In this document: positions 7,765 through 17,698 of the stretch, piece by piece
Layout of the letters: each line of letters starts with the position of its first letter
Numbering within the stretch: position 1 is the first letter of the stretch
Virus record (IMG/VR): IMGVR_UViG_3300017989_000063
Direction: 5' to 3' (one strand)
From: an uncultured virus (IMG/VR IMGVR_UViG_3300017989_000063)
Taxonomy: Duplodnaviria > Heunggongvirae > Uroviricota > Caudoviricetes
DNA: 64,000 nt
Program-made: the position numbers and the translations under genes
The notes under the pieces: model-generated
What the model saw: the letters and a program-made list of their open reading frames with translations, nothing else
Databases searched by the model: none
Told to the model about the DNA's origin: nothing

Positions 7765-8187
7765 CTACACCATCGCGCGAATCGGCGCCAGCAGGGGGTA
7801 GGCGAGCCGCGGCTCGTCCACGATGCCCCACCAGGTCGCCGTCACCTGCACCGGGTCCTTCTCGTCGCCCTCGTCGTGGTGGACGTTGACGACCTGCATC
7901 CGGGGGTAGCGCTTCTTGACCATCTGCTTGATGAGCTCCACCTCGTCCGGCTCGAGCTCGTCGCGCAGGACGATGTCGACGTAGAGCCCGTAGTCGGCGA
8001 GCCCGCAGTCGATCATCGCGCGCCTGAACTCCAGCTGCAGGTCCTGCGGCATCAGCATGATGAGGTCGATGTCGACGACGGCCTGGTTGAGCTCGGTCAC
8101 CGTCAAGGAGCCGAACCTCGCCGCCATCGACCTCAGCTTCTGCAGCATGTTGTGGCCACTGATTCCCAGCATCTCGAACCTCCCCAT
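7765..8187 (-). CDS. Hypothetical protein
   Basis: 140-aa ORF with typical codon use; motif at 8237-8254 upstream. Confidence 0.75.
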   Translation of the reverse strand: MGRFEMLGISGHNMLQKLRSMAARFGSLTVTELNQAVVDIDLIMLMPQDLQLEFRRAMIDCGLADYGLYVDIVLRDELEPDEVELIKQMVKKRYPRMQVVNVHHDEGDEKDPVQVTATWWGIVDEPRLAYPLLAPIRAMV

Positions 8188-8407
8188 CCACCCCGCTGAC
8201 GCAGAAACGAGATGGAAGCCACGGGGGTCAGCTTCCTCTCATCCATCTTATCCCAGGAAAAGCCTTTGCTTTTTCTGCGCAACAAACAGGTTGTCCACAC
8301 CCTGGGGATAACTCCAACACGGTTGTTGCTCAGGAGTAAAAAACCCGCACCACCGACTCCCGAAGGGCGGCGCGGGCGAGGACCGGGGCGGGGGGGAGAC
8401 CCCGGCC

Positions 8408-8638
8408 CTACTTACCAGCTCTGTTCCGAAGAGGAGTCACATTGCTGCGCGCATCGACGGCCCGATCAGCATCGGCGTTCTCGTTGGCATTCCTGATGGC
8501 GTCAGCCAGACCCTCACCCTCCTTGATGACGCCGTCCTCGACGAGCATCTTGAGGATCTTCTTCCGGATGAAGTAGACGGCCACGCCGGCGGCAGCCGGA
8601 GCGACGACGTACTTCAACAGCTCCTTCCAGATAGCCAT
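8408..8638 (-). CDS. Small membrane-anchored protein
   Basis: GGAGG RBS; YVVAPAAAGVAVYFI; motif at 8678-8695 upstream. Confidence 0.7.
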   Translation of the reverse strand: MAIWKELLKYVVAPAAAGVAVYFIRKKILKMLVEDGVIKEGEGLADAIRNANENADADRAVDARSNVTPLRNRAGK

Positions 8639-8895
8639 GACGAACCCTCCCATCCACCAAAGGAGATTAACTCTCCGCTTCATCTTTCTTATCCCATGAT
8701 ATTACAGGTAATTTTAGACCGGCCCGCTCGGGCCGGTGTCGACGTTCTCTAATCCGGAGCGCTCAACGTGATTCCTCGGCGGTCGCCGACCTCTGGACGC
8801 AGTCCAACCTCCAGCCTCCCCTTGCTTGTGTGAACGGAACTAAAATGTCCCTTGCTCATCATACTTATACCGGGCGCCGGCTCGCACTTTCGGGT

Positions 8896-9022
8896 AAAAA
8901 AGATGGCCGGGGGAGGAGCTCGTTCGCACGAGCTGCAGGCCCTCCCCCGACCTTGGCCCGAGGGGAGGTGCGTCAACCTCTGCTCGGGCACCAGCGGCAA
9001 GATTTAGGGTTTCCCACCTCTG
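8896..9022 (-). ncRNA. Candidate ~125-nt structured small RNA
   Basis: Promoter motif at 9018-9035, long hairpins at 8956-8989 and 8905-8952, T6 at 8896-8901. Confidence 0.55.
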
Positions 9023-9113
9023 TCATTCTTATACCCGAGTACGTGATCGCTTTGAGATAAGAGGAGGCCGGGCGTGAGCCGCGGCCTCGAGGTAGGTCGA
9101 AGAGGTGGACCCG

Positions 9114-9440
9114 CTAGTAGCGGGCCCTCTTGTAGATGGGGTTGTCGTCGGTCCCGTCCCAGCCGAGGAGCCAGCCGGGAGAGACACGGAGGGCGAACGC
9201 GAGTTCGGAGACCGTCCTCGAGCTCGGAGTACGGGTGATGCCCTTGAGGAGGTTGCTGACGGTACCGGGCCAGAGCCACGATCTCCAGCACACGTCGACG
9301 ACGCGCATGCGGCGCTTCGCCATCGCGATCTCGAGGCGGCGAGAGATCACGGACGCGCGGTGGGCCCACTCGCGGTTGGCGGCGTTCTTGCCGCTCTTCC
9401 AGGTGCGGTCCCCGAAGCGGGGCTTGCGCTTGCTAGCCAT
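9114..9440 (-). CDS. XRE/Cro-C1 helix-turn-helix regulator
   Basis: MRVVDVCWRSWLWPGTVSNLLKGITRTPSSRTVSELAFALRVSPGWL. Confidence 0.85.
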   Translation of the reverse strand: MASKRKPRFGDRTWKSGKNAANREWAHRASVISRRLEIAMAKRRMRVVDVCWRSWLWPGTVSNLLKGITRTPSSRTVSELAFALRVSPGWLLGWDGTDDNPIYKRARY

Positions 9441-10074
9441 CGGGGTTCATCCAGTCCGGGCGCACGTCGACCGGAGGCAGCGTCAGCTTCTGCCCCTCGC
9501 CGAAGAGCGCGTTGGCCCAGCGGATCGCCCAGGTCATCCGACGGCGGAAGTCACCGTTGGTGATGATGGCCTTGGCGGCGTCCACCTCCTTCTGCGCCGC
9601 CTCGAGCTCGGACTCGGCCGCCTTGAGCTCGGACTCCTTGTCCTCCACGCAGCTGATGGCCTTGGCCACCTCCTCCTCGGCCCGGTTGATGTCCTCCGGG
9701 TCGGCGTCCTTCTTCTTCTTGAGCTTCTCGAGCATGGTCTCGGTCGCATCGAGGCTCTTGTTGGCCTTGGTCAGCAGTCCACGCTTGGCGGAGATGGCCT
9801 TCTTGCGGCTGACCTTGATGGCCTGCAGCGGGCCGGGCGCGTCGAGGAGCTTCTGCAGCGAGCCGAGCTCGTTCTTCATCCACTCCTTGTCCGCGTCCGT
9901 GGCGTTGCCGGTGGCGATGCGCCGCTGCGGCGTCCACTCCTCGACTGGCAGCTCGGCGTGGGCCTGTAGGCGCTTCTTCTTCTCGCGCTCGGCCCGGGCG
10001 AACCTGCGCCGCCCCAACTTGCTCTCGCGCAGGCGCCGCTGCCGGGCGGCGACTCCACCCTTCTTGCTCGGCAT
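9433..10074 (-). CDS. Basic coiled-coil protein
   Basis: Heptad-rich Lys/Ala/Glu sequence. Confidence 0.75.
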   Translation of the reverse strand: MPSKKGGVAARQRRLRESKLGRRRFARAEREKKKRLQAHAELPVEEWTPQRRIATGNATDADKEWMKNELGSLQKLLDAPGPLQAIKVSRKKAISAKRGLLTKANKSLDATETMLEKLKKKKDADPEDINRAEEEVAKAISCVEDKESELKAAESELEAAQKEVDAAKAIITNGDFRRRMTWAIRWANALFGEGQKLTLPPVDVRPDWMNPDG

Positions 10075-10075
10075 G

Positions 10076-10537
10076 TCAGCACCCCCGCGAGCAGCACACG
10101 CTCCGATAGAACGAGTGCAGCAGGTTGGCCATCAGTCCGAACTGGCCATTCATGGTGCCGTCCGCCGGCCGGCTGCCGTCGCACCGGTGGGGCTTGCGGA
10201 GCTCGTCGTTGATGAGCCGGGAGAGCTCCAGGCGCAGGTCCTCGTCGAGGGGGCCGCCGTCACCGACTCCGTAGCGGAGGGCGCGGCAAGTGGACAGGAT
10301 CAGCGAGGCGCCCTGGTAGAAGAGCTTGCGCCTCGTTGAGTCGTGGATGCACTTGCGCGTCTCCTTGTGGATCTTGCCGTGGGTCCACTCGATGGTCCGG
10401 CTGGCCTTGCTGCCGGCCTTGCTGGCCTCGTAGATGAGGTCCTTGATCTTGCCGTCGAGGGGAACCTGCGTCATCGCCCCGATCACATCGGTCAGCGCGT
10501 CGCGGAGTTCTTCGAGCTTCTGTCTCGCGTTCGGCAT
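10076..10537 (-). CDS. Hypothetical protein
   Basis: GGAGGTG RBS; operonic packing. Confidence 0.75.
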   Translation of the reverse strand: MPNARQKLEELRDALTDVIGAMTQVPLDGKIKDLIYEASKAGSKASRTIEWTHGKIHKETRKCIHDSTRRKLFYQGASLILSTCRALRYGVGDGGPLDEDLRLELSRLINDELRKPHRCDGSRPADGTMNGQFGLMANLLHSFYRSVCCSRGC

Positions 10538-10565
10538 TCTTCACCTCCGAAGATGTGGCGGGTGC

Positions 10566-10754
10566 CTATCCCGCGGTGTGGACCGTGAAGCGCGCCTCCT
10601 TCAGCGCCGACACGATCTCGTTAGTCGAACCAGTAAGGACCCGGACGTCGGTCTGCCCATCGGCATACACGGAGAATTCCTCGACGCCCATCTTCTCCAG
10701 CACCTTGCGAACCCTCTTGGCCTGCTTCCGGTTCGCGCAGGCCACTCTCACCAT
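10566..10754 (-). CDS. Small hypothetical protein
   Basis: GGAGG RBS; motif at 10790-10807 upstream. Confidence 0.65.
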   Translation of the reverse strand: MVRVACANRKQAKRVRKVLEKMGVEEFSVYADGQTDVRVLTGSTNEIVSALKEARFTVHTAG

Positions 10755-10879
10755 TGGACACCTCCCTACTCGGTAACTAAAGACTTCGACTTCATCCTAC
10801 TTATACCTGCGTGGGGTGAGAGCTTTCAGGTGTAACGAAAGGGCCGAAGCCCCTTCGGTTGTGCGGACGGATCCGCGTC

Positions 10880-11047
10880 CTAGTGCAGCCGCGGGAGCCG
10901 AGGCTCCTGCACCTGCTTCCCCGACACCTGGCTCGCGAACTCGGCGGCCTCCTTGGAGTTGCCGGCCACAATCCAGGCCCCCTGGTTGAACGAGACCTTC
11001 CACTTGTTCGAGGCCTCGTCCCACCGGAACAGGATGACGATGCCCAT
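10880..11047 (-). CDS. Small hypothetical protein
   Basis: GGAGGG RBS before ATG 11047. Confidence 0.6.
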   Translation of the reverse strand: MGIVILFRWDEASNKWKVSFNQGAWIVAGNSKEAAEFASQVSGKQVQEPRLPRLH

Positions 11048-11063
11048 CTCCCCTCCTTCCTGC

Positions 11064-11681
11064 CTACTGGCAGACGCGGCGGATGTAGTCGTCCAGCGGC
11101 TCACCTGCGATGAGCACCTGGTCCGCGCTCAGGTTCAGCACGTCCAGCTTGCCACCGAGGTAGGTGGTGATGTTGAGCCGGTTGCCTGTGTTCTCCCCAG
11201 AGGTCGGTGGACGGTACTGGATGAAGCCACCCTCGATGTGCCCACCATCGGTCCCGTTGGACACGAAGTAGATGGCGCCCTCTCCAGCCTCCGATCCGGA
11301 GGGCGCGCTGCCCACGCCGATGAACGTCTTGCCCGCGTCCCGGTCTCCGAGGATCTGTGCGTTACCGAGGACGGAGACGGAGCTGGTGATGTCGCCGCCG
11401 GCGAGACCGTTGACGGCCGTCCTGGGCTCGCCAGGGTCTCCCTTGTCACCCTTCGGTCCGACCGGGCCCTGCTCGCCCTGTGGACCGCGGTCGCCAGGAA
11501 GTCCCTGCTCACCTCGAGGACCCTGCTCGCCCTGCGGACCCTCAGGGCCGGGAGGTCCTTGCGGACCGACGTCCCCCTGGACACCAGGATCACCGGGCTC
11601 GCCGGGCTCACCGCGGACGGTGTCGTCGCCGGCGCAGGCGAGGAAGAAGAAGAGAGGCAGAACAAAGAAGAAGCGTTTCAT
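11064..11681 (-). CDS. Collagen-like lipoprotein
   Basis: Signal peptide with lipobox ([16 protein letters not shown]) followed by 21 Gly-X-Y triplets. Confidence 0.85.
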   Translation of the reverse strand: MKRFFFVLPLFFFLACAGDDTVRGEPGEPGDPGVQGDVGPQGPPGPEGPQGEQGPRGEQGLPGDRGPQGEQGPVGPKGDKGDPGEPRTAVNGLAGGDITSSVSVLGNAQILGDRDAGKTFIGVGSAPSGSEAGEGAIYFVSNGTDGGHIEGGFIQYRPPTSGENTGNRLNITTYLGGKLDVLNLSADQVLIAGEPLDDYIRRVCQ

Positions 11682-11750
11682 GATACACCTCCAAAAATAC
11701 ACTTCCCTTTCATCTTTCTTATGCCCGCGTGAGCCTTTGTTTTTCGGGTC

Positions 11751-11779
11751 TTGACCGCTTCAGCCGCCGGCGGTACTCT
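11751..11779 (+). promoter_or_regulatory. Sigma70-type promoter
   Basis: TTGACC-17 nt-TACTCT at the strand switch. Similar sites at 40228 (TTGACC-17-TAGAGT), 53208 (TTGACC-17-TACTAT) and 19380 (TTGACA-18-TATAGC). Confidence 0.7.
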
Positions 11780-11795
11780 TGCGGTGGAGGTCGTC

Positions 11796-12629
11796 ATGCT
11801 CGAGGTCGTCAACATCCAGGTCAGTACCCTCGACCTGAACTACTCGCACCTGACGTGGGAGCTGCGTGTCACCGGCGAGGATCCTCTCGACTGGGACTTC
11901 TACATCCTGCGCTCCGGATCCATCGGAGGTCCATACGATGTCGTCACCGGACCGATCCGGCAGGACACCTACGACTTCCTCGATGGAGACCTGAGCCACC
12001 AGGCTCGAGCACTGCGGCCGTACTTCTACAGGATACGGGCCGTGCGCAGGTCGACTGGAGAGACCAAGGACTTCCCGAAGGACAGCGGGTCGTTCATCAA
12101 GGCCAAGACGCCCCTGCACGCCATCGAGATCCAGAGGCAGGAGCGGGTTCTCTTCCGAGAGTTCGTCGGCCGCCGAGCGGTACTGCTCCCGGTGAGGACG
12201 TTCGGCATTCGTTGTCCTCGATGCTGGAACATCGTCGCCGGTCGCCGAACGGTGTCGGATTGCCTCACCTGCTTCGACACGAGCTGGGTCGGGGGATTCC
12301 TTCAGCCGATGGAGATCTTCATTCAAATGGATCCGAGCCCCCTCGTCGTTCAGGACACCGTGCATGGACGAGAGAGCCAGGATAACACCTCGGCACGGAT
12401 GGGCAACTTCCCTCCGGCCAAACCCAACGACGTCATCGTCGAAGCCGACAACTCCAGGTGGCGCGTCGTCCGTCGATCGACGACGCAGAGACTCCGTGCG
12501 GTAGTACACCAAGAACTGCAGCTGCACCGAATCGTCCCCGGGCAGATCGAGTACCAGTTCCCCATCATCTGGCCGGACCAGATGGACGCTAGCCCGGCCC
12601 GCGAGTTCACCAACCCTCAGACCTGCTGA
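11796..12629 (+). CDS. Putative virion neck/head-completion protein with Zn-binding Cys pairs
   Basis: Fn3-like N-terminus, CPRC..CLTC..GGF, and a C-terminal PNDVIVEADNSRWRV beta-rich region. Confidence 0.5.
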   Translation: MLEVVNIQVSTLDLNYSHLTWELRVTGEDPLDWDFYILRSGSIGGPYDVVTGPIRQDTYDFLDGDLSHQARALRPYFYRIRAVRRSTGETKDFPKDSGSFIKAKTPLHAIEIQRQERVLFREFVGRRAVLLPVRTFGIRCPRCWNIVAGRRTVSDCLTCFDTSWVGGFLQPMEIFIQMDPSPLVVQDTVHGRESQDNTSARMGNFPPAKPNDVIVEADNSRWRVVRRSTTQRLRAVVHQELQLHRIVPGQIEYQFPIIWPDQMDASPAREFTNPQTC

Positions 12630-13192
12630 TGATCCACTGGAAGTCGCTGCCATTCGATCAGTGGTGGGAATCCATCCACATGCACCAGAACTACTGGGGC
12701 CAGAGAGCAGAGCTGGCCGTCTCGCTACTGGCAGGAATTCAGCTTGGGTCCGTTCACGACTTCGGGTGTGGGGAGATGCTGCTGAAGAGCTTCATCCCAC
12801 AGTCTGTTCCCTACTACGGCTACGACGTGAACGACTCGCAGGGAGCCATCGTACTGGATCTGGATGAGGAGCTTCCAGACCTGCACCCACCTCCTAACTC
12901 GGTGGCCGTCTTCTTGGGTGTGCTCGAAACCAGAGGGGAGCAGCTGGATCGTATCCTGTTGTGGGCGGCAGAGCACTTCTCATGGATACTCACATCCTAC
13001 ACGGACCGAAGGCTGGACGAGAGACCCGACTGGTCCACCTTGCTGACACAGAACGAGATGAGATCGAAGCTGGGGGACCTCGGACTGGTGGAAGAAGATC
13101 GCTATCTGCACCATGTCGTCTACGCGGTGCGGGTGACGGAATCGGAGGTTTCTCTTGACGGGGATGATGCCAAAGTGGTATCAGGTGGGTAG
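12629..13192 (+). CDS. Class I SAM-dependent methyltransferase-like protein
   Basis: SVHDFGCG motif I; YYGYD. Confidence 0.75.
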   Translation: MIHWKSLPFDQWWESIHMHQNYWGQRAELAVSLLAGIQLGSVHDFGCGEMLLKSFIPQSVPYYGYDVNDSQGAIVLDLDEELPDLHPPPNSVAVFLGVLETRGEQLDRILLWAAEHFSWILTSYTDRRLDERPDWSTLLTQNEMRSKLGDLGLVEEDRYLHHVVYAVRVTESEVSLDGDDAKVVSGG

Positions 13193-13255
13193 TGACTCCC
13201 TCCTGATGCCTCCCCCGAACATAGCACTCGTGCTCAAGTAGGGGGAGGCCCCTCC

Positions 13256-13966
13256 TTGCTTATTTTGGTCGCAGGGCTAGGACGATCTGGGACCCATCTT
13301 CTTGGGAGGCTGCTTGGATCTCACCCACAGGTGTCAGTAGACCTGGAGAGGCAGCCCCAGTTCGACCTGGTCACCAGGATGGCCGTGAACAGGACTGAGC
13401 GGCATCGGATGCCCGAGCTGGTCGAGGTGTATCGCCGACGGATGAAGACGTGCGGGAGCAAACACCTGGCCGACAAGTCTCATCCAGTCCTGTGGATCTC
13501 ATCCGAGCTGTCCAAGCTGATCCCGGCCATGAAGGTCGTGGGCATTCGTAGGGAGGCTCTCCCGAACATCTCCAGTATGCTGAAGCACCCAGGGGTCCTA
13601 TCGTGGTTCAGTCGGTGGAGAGGGTACCCCGTCCCCAACGGATTCCTCGGCATCGGCAGGTCGGACATCCGACGCTACTGGAAGCTGTCTGTGGAGGAGA
13701 GGTGTGCTCTTCGGTGGCTGTCCCATCAGCGAAGGCTAGATGACCTCGAGGCCGATGGGGTGCTGGTCGTATCGTTCGAGGAGCTCGTGAGCGACCCCTC
13801 GGTGCAGAAGAAGATTTGGGACTACTTGCAGCTCGATGCTCCCATTACCTACACCCAGTTCGATAGAGCGCCGCTGAAGAAGTGGCGTCTGCACCTGAGC
13901 CTGCGTCAGCAGAAGAAGATCTCGGGCTTCATCGAAGAGGAAAGGACTCGAAGAGCCTCTTCTTGA
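13256..13966 (+). CDS. Sulfotransferase family protein
   Basis: GLGRSGT PAPS-binding loop; GSHP, DKS, IRR..NISS, VSFEELVSDP. Confidence 0.85.
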   Translation: MLILVAGLGRSGTHLLGRLLGSHPQVSVDLERQPQFDLVTRMAVNRTERHRMPELVEVYRRRMKTCGSKHLADKSHPVLWISSELSKLIPAMKVVGIRREALPNISSMLKHPGVLSWFSRWRGYPVPNGFLGIGRSDIRRYWKLSVEERCALRWLSHQRRLDDLEADGVLVVSFEELVSDPSVQKKIWDYLQLDAPITYTQFDRAPLKKWRLHLSLRQQKKISGFIEEERTRRASS

Positions 13967-14717
13967 TCTCTTCTATTCCGGGCCGTCTGTAGGGCCCGAT
14001 CTTGTCGATGATGGTCTTGTTAGTGTCTCGGCTGTCGAGAGTGATCGGATTCTTCCGGATGCCGAACGCGCTGTAGTAGTCGTCGAATTTGAAGCGGCCG
14101 CCTATGATGCCCTTGCCGTCCGCGAGCCAGAGCCAGCGATTGGGGATGCCTAGAGAGTCAGCCAGCACGAGTCCGTGGAGCGACGAGGAGACGATGAACT
14201 CGCAGCGCTGTGCCTCGACGATCACGCGAGGCACCAGCATCCGGATGTTGATGAAGTGGATTCCAGGTCTCCTCGACAGCTCCCGCACGATTCGATGCTT
14301 GTGGTGGATGAGGTGAGGAATGAATCCGACTCGGTGGGTCTTCTTCACCCCGCTGCACTTCAGCAGGTGAGCGAGCAGACCGGGGTCACCGAGGACCGTC
14401 TTCTTCGGATCTACTCCGAGCTTCTCCGCAGTCCTGGTTCCTCGAACGGCCGCGATCTTCGCCCGGGGGAAGAGAGGGTCTGGGACGTCGTCCTTGATGA
14501 ACCCGGTGCCCCAGATGTGGCCGTCGTAGTCTCGGCTGATCCACTGCAGCAACGAGCCTGCTCCGACGATCTGGCAGCCGGGCTTCTTGCGAGCGTCGGA
14601 GAACTCCACCTCCCGGCCGGAGAGGATTCGACAGAGGAATGGGGTGAGGTCGTCCCCGAAGTTGGTGGTGCTGCCCAGCCCACCTCTGCCGTGCCAGTAT
14701 GCCTTGACACTGTCCAT
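13929..14717 (-). CDS. Polysaccharide pyruvyl transferase family protein
   Basis: NFGDDL, GAGSLL, WGTG, AVRG, GDPGLL, SSSLHGLVLADSLGIP, FKFDDYY. Confidence 0.88.
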   Translation of the reverse strand: MDSVKAYWHGRGGLGSTTNFGDDLTPFLCRILSGREVEFSDARKKPGCQIVGAGSLLQWISRDYDGHIWGTGFIKDDVPDPLFPRAKIAAVRGTRTAEKLGVDPKKTVLGDPGLLAHLLKCSGVKKTHRVGFIPHLIHHKHRIVRELSRRPGIHFINIRMLVPRVIVEAQRCEFIVSSSLHGLVLADSLGIPNRWLWLADGKGIIGGRFKFDDYYSAFGIRKNPITLDSRDTNKTIIDKIGPYRRPGIEEIKKRLFESFPLR

Positions 14718-14783
14718 GCAGCGAGCCTAAACCAGGTTGACGCCGTTCGGCAAGCGGTCTAGGCTTCAACCAGGAGGTAGGAC

Positions 14784-16652
14784 TTGCGAGACAAGGTCAC
14801 GGCCTCGATGGCCACACACCCTCCTCGGAAGGGTAGCGTGGTTCTGGCTGCGAAGAGTCTGCTCCCACAGGTGGACAGGCTGAACATCTACCTCAACAAC
14901 TACTCCTCTGTCCCTCGAGCTCTCCGTCACCCGAAGATCAACGCGGTGCTGTCGAAGAACGGCCGCGGAGATCTCGGGGATGCAGGCAAATTCTTCTGGG
15001 CCGACCAGGTGGAGGGCTATCACCTGACGGTGGACGACGACATCCTCTACCCGTCGGACTACGTCAGCCGGCAGGTGCAGGCGGTAGAGAAGTACCGTCG
15101 GCGCGCCCTCGTTGGTGTGCACGCCAGGATCTGGAGAGGAGGATTCAAGGACTACTACAGACCGAAGAGGGTGATCGGCTGGACGCAGCCATCGAAGGAG
15201 GACGTCTTCGTCCACACCCTCGGGACGGGGACGCTCTGCTACCATACCAGCACGCTGAAGATCGACCCGACCTTGTTCCGGTACCCGAACATGGCTGACA
15301 TCTGGCTCACCGTCCTGGCCAAGAAGCTCGGGGTTCCGATGGTCAGTCTGAGCAGGAAGTCCGGCTGGATGACCATGGTCCCCGGATCTCAAGAGGTGTC
15401 CATCTTCAGCAACACCTGTCCGCAGGGTGACACCAGGGCGAAGCACCGAGAGATCATGAGCGGGTACAACTGGAACGACCGGGGCATCAAGGTCTCGGCC
15501 GTCATTCCCGTGCAGAACGAGGAGGATGTCGAGCAGGCGAGGACGACGCTCGTCTCTCTGCTGCGTCAGCACCGGAGACCTGATCACATCGTGGTCCGAA
15601 CGAACAGCAACCTCTTCGACAAGATCGGGCCCGACCTCATCGACCGTGCCGAGGCCGTGAGAGGTGACGGTCCCGAGGAGCTCGCCGAGCTTCTGATCCC
15701 GGCGGGCGTCTTCCTGCCTCCTCTTTACATCTGGGAGTGTCTGGACCGCCTGGCCGATCGCGACGTGGTGGCCGTGCCCAACATGCTGGCCGAGCAGAAA
15801 GGGCCTGCGGATCTCTGGGGCCGTGTGACCTTCTGGAGGCCTGATCGCGGAGTAGTAGCGAGGAGGACAACGGGAGATGGTGGTCGCACCTCTCGGTTGT
15901 TCGGGTCAGTGAGAAGAGGAGGGGCCGTCAAGGACAGCAAGAGCACCGGAGTGTCTCGGGGGGTCACGCTCATCATCCCTACCTACAACAGGAAGGAGAA
16001 GGTCATTAGGGCCATCAGGTCCATTCCTAGGAGAGAGGTGGATGAGGTCCTGGTGGCGGACGACAACAAGAAGCCGATGCGGTTGATGATGGACGGAGTC
16101 ACGTTCATCCCGACGGGAGGCATCGGGGACGAGGGAGGATCCTACTCTCGCAACTGCGGCCTATTCGCGGCCTCGTTCGACAAGATCGTCTACCTGGACG
16201 ACGACGACTACCTCAGCGGTCCTGGATCCGTCTCCTCCAGGTCGGACGCTCTCGACGAGCACGAGCTCGTGTGGGGGGACATCCAGTTCGACGACTACGC
16301 TGCGGTGCCATCGAAGATGAGGGTGGTGAAGTCGATCAGGTACCGGAAGGGCTCGCTCTACACGAACCACAACAACACGATCATCGGATCCCAGATCGCG
16401 CACCGACAGGACCCGGACAAGTTCAGGTGGATACCTGGAGGCAGAGAGGCAGATAAGCGATTCATCCTGGCTGCCAAGGAGGCCGGAGCTGACGGTGCTC
16501 GAGTTCCTCGGGTGGTTGCTCACTACGGCCGCTCGGTACCGTTCTGGGGATCCAGGGCGAGAGTCCCCACACCCGGAGTGGAGGTCAGCCGAGCTGCATC
16601 CTCGGCTCACAGGAAGCCCCTTCGCCGAGACCCCAGGAGACATCGGAAATGA
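14784..16652 (+). CDS. Glycosyltransferase with tandem GT-A (GT2-like) domains
   Basis: TVDDDILYP in the N-terminal domain; IIPTYNR..VADD..RNCG..YLDDDD in the C-terminal domain. TTG start uncertain. Confidence 0.85.
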   Translation: MRDKVTASMATHPPRKGSVVLAAKSLLPQVDRLNIYLNNYSSVPRALRHPKINAVLSKNGRGDLGDAGKFFWADQVEGYHLTVDDDILYPSDYVSRQVQAVEKYRRRALVGVHARIWRGGFKDYYRPKRVIGWTQPSKEDVFVHTLGTGTLCYHTSTLKIDPTLFRYPNMADIWLTVLAKKLGVPMVSLSRKSGWMTMVPGSQEVSIFSNTCPQGDTRAKHREIMSGYNWNDRGIKVSAVIPVQNEEDVEQARTTLVSLLRQHRRPDHIVVRTNSNLFDKIGPDLIDRAEAVRGDGPEELAELLIPAGVFLPPLYIWECLDRLADRDVVAVPNMLAEQKGPADLWGRVTFWRPDRGVVARRTTGDGGRTSRLFGSVRRGGAVKDSKSTGVSRGVTLIIPTYNRKEKVIRAIRSIPRREVDEVLVADDNKKPMRLMMDGVTFIPTGGIGDEGGSYSRNCGLFAASFDKIVYLDDDDYLSGPGSVSSRSDALDEHELVWGDIQFDDYAAVPSKMRVVKSIRYRKGSLYTNHNNTIIGSQIAHRQDPDKFRWIPGGREADKRFILAAKEAGADGARVPRVVAHYGRSVPFWGSRARVPTPGVEVSRAASSAHRKPLRRDPRRHRK

Positions 16653-17698
16653 AGATCCTGCAGCTCCTGGCCGGGTACGACAGCGCAGGGCTCTTCGGAT
16701 CTATCACCCCTCTTATCTCGGAGCTACGACGTAGAGGGCACGACGTCCAGGAAGCATTCGTGCCTCTCAGGACCAAGCAGATCAAGGACGTCGTCTACTC
16801 GGCCGAGAGAATGGCGTCCGTGTCTCCCCAGATCAGGGCGAGCGACGTGGTCCACGTCCACACCCCGACGGTGCACCTGATGGCCGCGACGACCGGCATC
16901 GTGCCGGACAACGTCGCTCTGGTCTCCTCCAGACACGCCACCGGAGTCCCTCGAGGAGAGGACTGGCGTCGAGCGTACAAGCGGACCGACATCATCGTTC
17001 CTGTGGCCAGGTATCTGGTGCAGGAGTTCTACGACGCCGGCGCCCCGGCCGGGAAGCTGTTCCCGGTCCACAACGGAGTCAACCTGGTGGATTACGAGGG
17101 CGACCGGACCGAGGCGAAGAAGAAGCTCGGAATCAGCCCGGACACGGTGGTGGTGGGCTGGACCGGTAGGTTGAGCTGGGTGAAGAACCTTCGCAACACG
17201 TTCGGGGCGACAGCGGCCGCGATCAAGGCCGCGAAGCGTCCGGCCGTGTTCCTCGTCGCCGGCGCCGGCAAGGAGGGAGGTCGCCTGGCTGCTCTCGTCA
17301 AAGAGAACGGCTGGGAATCCAAGGTTCGGATGCTGGGCTTCTTGAAGCGCCCCGAGCTGCTCGAGTTCCTCCCCGCTCTGGACATCGCGGTCCACTACTC
17401 CTGGACGGAGGCGTGCAGCGTCTCTCTCATCGAGTACCTAGCCAGTGGGGCCGCGGTCATCGTCTCTCCGGTCCCAGGCAACAAGGAGGTGGTGGGCAAG
17501 TCCGGACTCGTGGTCGAGATGACCCCTCCGGCGCTGTCCTCGGGCATCAGGATTCTGATCGACGACGAGATCTACAGGAGGAAGATGCAGGCCGCCGCGA
17601 GGGACCGGGCCAGGATGTTCGACGTGTCGGTTACAGCCTCGAAGATGGAGATGGCGTACCAGATGGCCGTGGAGCGCCGTTGCGGCGCAGGAGCATGA
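16649..17698 (+). CDS. GT4 (GT-B) glycosyltransferase
   Basis: VHNGV, GRLSWVKN, EACSVSLIEYLASG (E-x7-E). Confidence 0.9.
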   Translation: MKILQLLAGYDSAGLFGSITPLISELRRRGHDVQEAFVPLRTKQIKDVVYSAERMASVSPQIRASDVVHVHTPTVHLMAATTGIVPDNVALVSSRHATGVPRGEDWRRAYKRTDIIVPVARYLVQEFYDAGAPAGKLFPVHNGVNLVDYEGDRTEAKKKLGISPDTVVVGWTGRLSWVKNLRNTFGATAAAIKAAKRPAVFLVAGAGKEGGRLAALVKENGWESKVRMLGFLKRPELLEFLPALDIAVHYSWTEACSVSLIEYLASGAAVIVSPVPGNKEVVGKSGLVVEMTPPALSSGIRILIDDEIYRRKMQAAARDRARMFDVSVTASKMEMAYQMAVERRCGAGA

